Assembly: GCA_012295275.1 (NCBI GenBank)
Contig: CM022666.1
Coordinates: 4,340,001-4,404,000, forward strand
Origin: Chrysomallon squamiferum
Lineage: Eukaryota > Animalia > Mollusca
Direction of reading: 5' to 3'
Length of the DNA stretch: 64,000 bases
In this document: positions 40,441-64,000 of the stretch, piece by piece
Numbering within the stretch: the first letter of the stretch is position 1
How the letters are laid out: each line of letters opens with the position of its first letter
Position numbers and translations under genes: made by a program
Notes under the pieces: model-generated
What the model saw: only the letters and a program-made list of their open reading frames with translations
Databases searched by the model: none
Told to the model about the DNA's origin: nothing

Positions 40441-40906
40441 CTACCTCTACAAATCCGGTGATTTCACCAAACAATTCTCTGCGAGGGTTGCCCACGACAC
40501 AGCTCACTTGCTGGGCTGCTGCTACTACTACTACTACTACTGCTGCCGTCCTCCATGCTGTTGCTGTACACGTTGTAATGTTTTGTGTGCGTGAAAGAGC
40601 CATAGGCAGCCCAGAGCTAACGGAAGAAACAAAAATAACAAAAATAACAAAAATTAAAAAACAAAGACAAATTTGTTTTTTTTTCCCCCGCAAGCAGTTC
40701 TTTCTGGAGGAATTTTTGTGACGACTCAAGTGTTTTTAACTATCAGGGCTGCGTCACCCATCCATGTGCTATAATGTGTGTGTGTGGGATGTTACCATGG
40801 CGACCTGGCTGTTGTTGACGAAGGATTTGGTGTGTCGGCAGACGAGTGTTTCCCCACTCATGTTTTTTTGCTGCTATGATGGCGTTGTGGTTTTGGGAGT
40901 GGAAAG

Positions 40907-40945
<39 letters not shown>

Positions 40946-41074
40946 GAGAAAGAAAAGAAGTGTGTTCACTTTAAAAAAAAACACAATTTTCCCAATGATA
41001 AACATAATGTGTCCATCTAAGCATCTGAGGACTTTAATGTTCAGAGAGCAAGATTACCTGCATGAATGCTGAAG

Positions 41075-41565
41075 AGGATACAGTCCTTGTGGGTTCATGT
41101 AGGCTGGATGCAGTCCTTGTGGGTTCATGGGGATTGGATACAGTCCTTGTGGGTTGGATACAGTCCTTGTGGGTTGAATACAGTCCTCTCGGGTTGGATA
41201 CAGTCCTCATGGGTTGGATACAGTCCTCACGGGTTGGATACAGTCCTCGTGGGTTCATGTGGGTTGGATACAGTCCTTGTGGGTTGAATACAGTCCTTGC
41301 GGGTTGGATATAGTCCTCACGGGTTGGATACAGTCCTCACGGGTTGGATACAGTCCTCGTGGGTTCATGTGGGTTGGATACAGTCCTCATGGGTTCATGT
41401 GGGTTGGATACAGTCCTCATGGGTTGGATACAGTCCTCGTGGGTTCATGTGGGTTGGATACAGTCCTTGTGGGTTCATGTGGGTTGGATACAGTCCTCAT
41501 GGGTTCATGTGGGTTGGATACAGTCCTCCTGGGTTCTTGGTGGACTGGATACAGTCCTCTTGGAT
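41075..41565. repeat. GC-rich minisatellite: 20-bp unit GGGTTGGATACAGTCCTYRY with an optional 10-bp GGGTTCATGT module
   Basis: About 20 copies read directly, starting about 630 bp past the TBL1 stop. Confidence 0.95.
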
Positions 41566-41663
41566 TCTAGATGGATTTGAACGTAACAGACACAGAGGTC
41601 TTTCACCAGATTATCATTGCCGTTACATCACTGTTCATTTCATTGTTGTCACAACATTGCTTT

Positions 41664-41669
41664 AATAAA
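41664..41669 (+). other. Candidate proximal polyadenylation signal for TBL1
   Basis: First AATAAA I see after the stop, followed by T-rich sequence. Confidence 0.35.
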
Positions 41670-42277
41670 ATAATAATTAAAAAAAAATTATCTTTTTTTT
41701 TTCTCTCTCTCTCATCTAAACAGTTGCAGCTGGTATAGAGAATACACTTTTACAGTCTCATTGTTATCATTAAAGGAACATTTTTTTTTTTTTTTTTTTT
41801 TTACATAATGACTTTAATGAAAAAAAAAAGAAGAAATTGTTATTTGTACATTGACGAAAATGTCCATTTTATTGTCTCAGCTCGTATTATTGCTTTACAT
41901 GTTTAGAAGACAGCTCAATCACTATTTGTGAATCACTATGAGTCACTAGTGATAGTTATGTAAGAAAATTTAGTTACTGTTGATAAGTATCTAGAAAAAT
42001 ATAACAGCCAAACTGAAGCTGAAAAAATATGAATCGCTAGTACCAATAATAAGTAAAAAAAAAAAAAAAAATCAGTAATGAAATGTACAAATCACTAGTA
42101 ATGTTTAGTAAGTCACTAGTTTAAGTTCAAGAAGTGCTAAGGAATTCTGATAACTAATTTAAAATCCGTGACACTCCGTGGTGTACAAATCTGAATTGTA
42201 AATATTTTTTTATTTTTCAACAGCTGAACAAAATAATTAGTGTACTTATGGTTGTGTGAGTGTGTAGCTTAAATAAA

Positions 42278-42313
<36 letters not shown>

Positions 42314-42724
42314 CTATTTCAGTTGTTTTGTTATTGGAGATCAAACTTTTCTAATGATAAAGTACAACAGTGAAATAAGAAGCCTGCAAAAAGCATAGAC
42401 TTTGCCTGACATGTTCATTTACATTTTCTTATTTATTTTTTGTTTATTTTTTATTTGTTTTTTTTTCATGGTATAGAATAATTATAATAATAATAATAAT
42501 AAGGAAATAAATAAAAAAAGAAATGTTTTCTAGTTTCACAATTTTAATTTTATTCTCCCCACTACGAAGAGATAAATTTTAATTTTTTTTTTTTAATTTA
42601 TCTACTTTTAAAAAATGTGTTGTTATTAGTAAATAGAAAAAGAATATTTTTAAATTTTAAAGTTGTTTTGTATTTGGTTTGTTGTTCAAATAACTGAGAG
42701 GTTTTTTTTAGTTCATAATATTAC

Positions 42725-42782
<58 letters not shown>

Positions 42783-43529
42783 TTAGTCTCAAGATATTTC
42801 CTGAATACTGATACAAATTTTTAAACTAATCTGACTTAAATTTTATTTTTCTTCTTTTATGTATTTTCTTTTTTTTTTTTTTATTATTATTATTATATAT
42901 ATATTTTTTTAAATAAGTGAGATATGATATTTATAAGGATTAGCAGAAGCATTGAAGTGCTTCTATAAGAAGTTAATGTTAAAGCACATTTGTTGTGGCT
43001 GTATTATTAACTGTAGGAAATCTGTTTTGAAATGTCAATATTCAATAATATTGTTTACAAAGACAGCTGAATGTACATTATGTAAATATATTCATACATT
43101 TAAAAAAAGAAAAAAAAGAAAAAAGTAAATAAATATAAACTAAATCTTGTTTAAGTCTTGTTTTTGTTGTTTCTAATTTGTAATTATTTTCATTATTGTT
43201 TATTATTACTATTATTATTACTATTGTTATTTATTTATTATTATTATTATTATTTAATGTTTATTGTTTATGATTATTTATTGTTCATATTTTTTTTATT
43301 TTTTTTTAAATTTTATTACTTTGATTTTATTATAATAAAAATTATTATTTAATAACATTTTATAATTAAAAGTTAAGTTTTTTTTGTTTTTTTTTTTATA
43401 CATTTTAAATCAGAAATGAAAGATTTATTGAATTTAAGAATCTGAAAACAATTTTTATTTGTATTTTTTTTTAATTTTAATTTTATTATTACACTTTCAA
43501 AGACTTAAAATTTGAATAAAATTCAGTAT

Positions 43530-43568
<39 letters not shown>

Positions 43569-44549
43569 TTACCATTATTATTATTGCTATTGTTTTTATT
43601 ACTATTACTTTTTTTTTTTTTTGTTGCATACATACATACATACATACATATACATATATAAAACATAATAACATTGTGCTGTTATTGTTATTTTTATTTC
43701 TTTTTTTTTAAATTATTAAGAAATAAAATCACCCAAAATTTTAACTTTTAACAGGATTAGTTTTGACATTTTGCAGTTTTAATATTATGTCTCCTATTAA
43801 TGACAAAATATAAATTCTTCTGTAACCTAAAAACAGAAATTCTAACTATACATTTTCAACATTATATATTAATAATAATCTATTTTCATTTATTTTATTA
43901 TTATACTTTTTTTTTTTAAAAATAGAAATATTTTCATATACTTAATTATTTATTTACTTATTTACTATTTATTTATTTATTTATTTATTTATATTTATTT
44001 TTATATATATATATTTTAAACTAGTCAAGACTTGAATTCTCTGTAACAAAAAATAAAAATAATAAAATTGTGGATGTCTATCATTCTCAAATAATTTCAG
44101 GAAAATTTTAATTTTTTTATTTTTAATTATTAAGTTATATTAAACCAAGATAATTAATATCATCTTAACACTTAAAAAAAAAAAAAAATTTTTGTAATGA
44201 AAAAAAATAAAATCTGGTTAAACATGGGAGGGAGTGAGAGTAGGTGTGTCAGTCTATAAATTAATTAATTGTTTAATATTAAAAGAAAATTTAGTATATA
44301 ATATTGTTAAAAGAAGTTAATACACACACACATGCACACAGACAAACAACACACACACAAAGAAAAACGTAAAACATTACTGGTTTAGTATTTGAATTTC
44401 TTTTTCTTTTCATTTTTGAGTTTTATTTTATTTCATTTAATTTTTTTTTTTTTTGGGTTATTTCAGTTTGTTTTTATTATCTGTGAAATTTAACATTAAA
44501 AAAATAAATTTACTGATACTCTCAAAAAAAAAAAAGAAAAAACAGTTGG

Positions 44550-45030
44550 TACAACAAAAAGAAATATTTTGTGTCTCAAAAGAAAAAAATTCATATGAAA
44601 GATTCTGTTAAAAGAAATATCACGTGTTTCCTGATACTATTAAAAGAAATATTCTGTGCGTCCTGAATCATCAAAAGAAATCTGTTGCCAATTTGTATTA
44701 AAATAAAAATTATGTACGAACTGGTAAAAGATAAAACTATGTCTGATCACATACTATTAAAAGAAATCTTTTGTGTGTTGTAAATTCGTTAAAAGAAAAT
44801 TCATGTGACCAGATGCTGCTACTAAAAGAAATATTTTGTGTCTTGTCATTAAAAGAAAAACTTTGTTAGTCTTGCTACTATTAAAAGAAATATTTTGTGT
44901 GTCGTAATTCATTAAAAGAAAAACTATGTGTCACCGTATTAAAAGAAATTCTGTGTTACTGTATACTGTGAAGTGAAATACATTTTGTTGTCTAAATACC
45001 ATTAAAAGAAAAGTTCTGTGTAACGTAAGA
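44550..45030. repeat. Degenerate ~30-36 bp tandem repeat anchored on ttAAAAGAAA
   Basis: About 14 recurrences of (tt)aaaagaaa followed by variable TG-rich sequence. Confidence 0.75.
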
Positions 45031-45301
45031 AAAGACTAGATTTCTCAGATGTCTATACGTAATGATCAGGCAGCAAGAATCTTTTATGTGTACTTTTAAC
45101 ACTGTGTGCATTTAACATGGGCAGCATGTATGAATTGTGCGTGTGTGTGTGTGTGAAGAAAAATACAGCTTAAATGATTACATAGCCAGCTATTTTATTG
45201 TAAATACAAATATATTTTATTTTATTTTATTTTATTTTATTCTTCATATAGGAAATGAAAAAAATATGAAATAAATTTGGTTTACATAAACATGGCATTT
45301 T

Positions 45302-45340
<39 letters not shown>

Positions 45341-45356
45341 ATTATTATTATTATTA

Positions 45357-45393
<37 letters not shown>

Positions 45394-45792
45394 TAATACC
45401 TGTAAGTAAATTGATATCAAATGACAAATTTCAGAAAGTACCTATTATAATGTAACAAAATGAAATTAAATAATAAAAAACACCTAAATTAGTTTTAAAA
45501 AAGCTTTATTTTATTCTATTTTATTTTATTTAATTTTATTTATTTTTTATTTTTTATTTTTTTTTACCCATGCTGGTTGTTAATTACAGATCCTTATAAA
45601 TTAAGTAAGTTTTATTTAGCTGATAGTAATATAAAGATGGAATATACTAGGATTTCTTCAGTAGATGTAACTCATGTTGATACCACACAACCAAATTTAG
45701 GTTTAGAATAACTCATTTTTATATTTTCTTGTCTAATTGTGTTCATTGTGCATTTTCAGAAGAATAAAAACACATATCCACATCTATATAGC

Positions 45793-45832
<40 letters not shown>

Positions 45833-45894
45833 GTCAAATCTGTTTTCACAGCCAAAAGTAGAAATAAATACATTCTTACTTTTTTGTATTGAAA

Positions 45895-46060
45895 TGCATA
45901 ACTGTTTTTTATTACATTATAACTGTTTTTTTATTACATTATAACTGTTTTTAAACATATTATAACTGTTTTTAAACATATTATTACTGTTTTAAACACA
46001 TTACAACAGTTTTTAAAAGTAAGTGTTTTTAAACATAACTGTTTTTAAACATTTATAACA
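45895..46060. repeat. ~20-22 bp minisatellite (ataactgtttttaaacatatt-like)
   Basis: About 7 imperfect copies. Confidence 0.8.
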
Positions 46061-47222
46061 ATATTACGTATTATTTTTTTTTATTATTTAAAATTTTAAA
46101 ATCCTTTTTATTATTTATTTATTAGATTAAAAATTCAGATTTATTACCTAATTTTTTTTTTAATAATTACAATAATAAATAAGTAAATAAATAAAATAAA
46201 ATCTGTGTGATATAAGAAGACATTATTTGTTATTCTTGAGAAGATTTTGAATAACTGACAAGCTGTCAAGTTAGATGTACACGTCATTATTTATTCCTTT
46301 ATTCAGAAAAAAACATTTTTATTCATTTTCAATCCAAGTAAGTTTGTTAGTACAGAAAAACATTAAAAATCATTTGTCGTCCATTACAAATTCACTACAT
46401 TTTATCAAACACATAAACATTTTACATTTTGTAAATAAATAACACTTAATTGTATTTTTAATTTTTTCCATTCACAAAATATATTTATTCCATTATTCAT
46501 TTGATTTACAAAAAAAAAGAAGAAGATATATCTATTAATTATTCATCACATTGTATAAAAAAAAATCATTAATACATGTTCAGTTTGTTAAATTGTAACA
46601 TCTCAAAAATGTGTTTGTTTTCTCATTAACTTTCTTGAATGTGTTTCACCTTTTCACTGTGTTGATAAAGCAACACATTAGATGTGTTAAATCATGTGTT
46701 GTAATTATTTCAACACAATAAATAGATAATTGTACAGATTATTATTATTATTATTATTTTTTAATTATTTGTTGATCATTTTCATTATGAATCCAAACTG
46801 TAAAAATGGCTATTTTTATTTCTGTTAGGAATATTGTCAGTTACTGTGTAAAGTAAAAAACCTTTTGTATTATTTTGTGAGGTTAAAAAGAGAATACAAA
46901 AAAAAAAAAAAAGATAATAAAATAATAAAATAAAAGAAATATATGTAATGACTTTATGTTTTGTGTTTAGCATTTATTTATTTATTTATATTTATTTATT
47001 TGTTTTTTGATGATTTAAAATTTTAAATTTAAACAAATTTTAAAATACTTTTTATTTATTTATTTATATTTATTTATTTATTTATTTATTATTTTTTGTT
47101 TTTGGATGATTTTAAATTTTAAATTAAACAAGATAGTTCTTTTTCAGCATGGTCACTAAAAAATTTAAGATTATTTATAATATTATTATTAATCTTATCA
47201 TTATTTATTATTATTATTATTA

Positions 47223-47304
<82 letters not shown>

Positions 47305-47347
47305 TTATCATTATTTATTATTAACATTATTATTATCATTTATTATC

Positions 47348-47393
<46 letters not shown>

Positions 47394-48051
47394 GAAGTTT
47401 TTGGATATTTCTTTTGTTCTTAGTTCCTTTAGGTAATATCATCTAATAATAATAACACCCAAACACACACACATATATAAACATACATACATAGATTTAT
47501 GTATGTATGTATTAAATATTTTTTTAAATAACGACAAAAAAACAAAACCAGCCAACAACATCACATAAATTCTTTTATTCACATGTGTTCACACATCCAT
47601 CACAAAATAAATATTTATAAATTAGAACTGTATAATAAAATAACCAGCTGGAAGCTAAAAAAAGAAATTAAACTTTTTGTTTTAGTATAATTTAGTGTGA
47701 GAAAAAAAAATAAATAATAATTACGAGAAAATGAATTGATAGTAAATACAGAATGATTTAGTCATAAGCTTGAATGTGTAATAGACTTTGATGATGATGA
47801 TGATGATGATGATGATAATGATGATGCTGCTGATGACGATGATGATATTAGATGAAGTAGTAATAACAATAATTGATATAATAATAATGATAATAATAAT
47901 AAAAACAATAATATCACATATTAAATAAATAGTAATGAATTAAAAATGAATTAATAATTATGACAATTAAAAATATATGATTAAAAATGTTTTTAAATGC
48001 AAAAGTTTCATACTAAAATCTCTTTTTGTTAAAATTCATCCCAGAAAAAAA

Positions 48052-48098
<47 letters not shown>

Positions 48099-48378
48099 TT
48101 ATATTTTCATGTTACTGATGAGGGAAATGATTTAAAAACAAAAATGAGATTTAGATTTTTTTTAAATGTTTTGAAAAAAAAAATAAATGCTTGTACCCAC
48201 TGGAAATGCTGTTTACAACAAAATGTCACAAACATAAAAGTTAACAGACAGGCCATTAGTAAACAATAAAATATATTAAACAATAATAATTTTTAATTTG
48301 AAAAAAATGAAATAAAATGAAATAAAAAATTAAATTGTGTATTTTTTTCCTCAAGTTATAAACAGAATAAATGTCAAC

Positions 48379-48443
<65 letters not shown>

Positions 48444-49358
48444 CTAATTAATTTATAAATTAATAAAATAATATACAAAAAACCCCAACAATAATAATAA
48501 TAATAATAATAATGAAACAAACACAAAATAAAATCAAAAAAATAATTATTTTTTATATTATTATCTTTAATTTACAAATTTAAAAACCACTAATTAAAAG
48601 ATAGAGACCATTTTGTCAAAGCAACAACATTTAACAATTAATAAAATAAGTAAACATTACAAATATTCAGTACAAAATTCAGTGTATGTAGACAGTAATA
48701 AAAAGTAATATAATCACCATCATTGTAAAGTGTATAGTATTTAAATAATCCCTTCTTATAAAAATGTACTTGTTATTTGATTTTTTTTATATATATATTA
48801 TATATATATACTGGTCACATTCTAAATAATCTTCAGAGTTTACAAAAACAGTTTAAAAATAATGAAATAAAAAATAATAAAATAAAATAAATATATAAAT
48901 AAAAAAAAAAAAAATCGACTTTTAGTTTTATTAATTATAAAACCTGAAATTAATTTTAATACTAAATTTACAGAAATTCTTTAAACTTTAAAGAAAAAAA
49001 AAAAAAAAAAAATAAAATAAAATAAAAAAAAAAAAAAAAAAAATAATTCTCCTAATATTTTAATATAGTTAGAAATAATAAATCTTTCAAATTTCATAAT
49101 TATAAAAAAAAAAATTAAAAAAAATAAAAAAATAAAAAATAAAAATTACATTAAAAATCTATTTTTCTTCAATATTATTTACTCCACAACAAAAAAAAAA
49201 TATTAATTTCTCATCATCAATATTATTATTATCATTTTTTTAAAACTTTTCGTTAATTTTTTTTTTTTTAAATTTTCTTTTAAATATTTCATACATATAT
49301 ATTTTTTAAAATTAATTTTCGTCTTCTAAGTGCACTTCTCGTAACAGACTTTCACAAT

Positions 49359-62952
<13,594 letters not shown>

Positions 62953-62963
<11 letters not shown>

Positions 62964-63283
62964 CTGAACACAAACAACAAGTTTGAGTAATCTGAACACA
63001 AACAAGTTTGAGTAATCTGAACACAAACAACAAGTTTGAATAATCTGAATACAAACAACAAGTTTGAGTAATCTGAACACAAACAACAAGTTTGAGTAAT
63101 CTGAACACAAACAACAAGTTTGAGTAATCTGAACACAAACAACAAGTTTGAGTAATCTGAACACAGACAACAAGTTTGAGTAATCTGAACACAAACAACA
63201 AGTTTGAGTAATCTGAACACAAACAACAAGTTTAAACTATCTGAACACAGACAACAAGTTTGAGTAATCTGAATACAAACAAC
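62953..63283 (-). repeat. 28-bp tandem array of the EGF-exon acceptor (ttgttgtttgtgttcAG|ATTACTCAAAC)
   Basis: About 12 near-identical units, one of 25 bp; further copies near 63490 and 63700-63750. Confidence 0.95.
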
Positions 63284-63307
63284 ATGTTTAAATCAACTGA
63301 ACTAGAA

Positions 63308-64000
<693 letters not shown>

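Noticed and set aside
41034-41665. Repetitive ORFs on both strands
   Set aside because: Products of the 20/10-bp minisatellite downstream of the TBL1 stop.

Overview
Eukaryotic, very AT-rich, microsatellite-dense animal DNA; probably a lophotrochozoan (mollusc-like), which is an inference from sequence style. Three spliced genes were reconstructed by hand from GT-AG sites and exon phases. (1) A minus-strand gene of 3 or 4 coding exons (6070->2151, about 310 aa, uncharacterised, helical). (2) A complete plus-strand TBL1/TBL1XR1/ebi orthologue: 14 coding exons, 15532-40440, 491 aa, LisH plus WD40. (3) The 3' part (14 exons, about 1500 aa, 62963->49359) of a minus-strand gene encoding an EGF + TNFR-Cys ectodomain joined to a five-transmembrane module; its 5' end lies beyond the window. 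Nearly all other ORF-track entries are microsatellite or antisense artefacts. The most unusual signal is that five different intronic tandem arrays each have a unit that copies the adjacent real splice site plus flanking exon bases, so four exons are bordered by runs of decoy acceptors or donors. Two of those exons are frame-broken in this sequence, possibly through assembly error. Also present: a short retroposon with an 11-bp target-site duplication, a candidate internal TBL1 promoter, clustered uORFs and a 3'UTR minisatellite.
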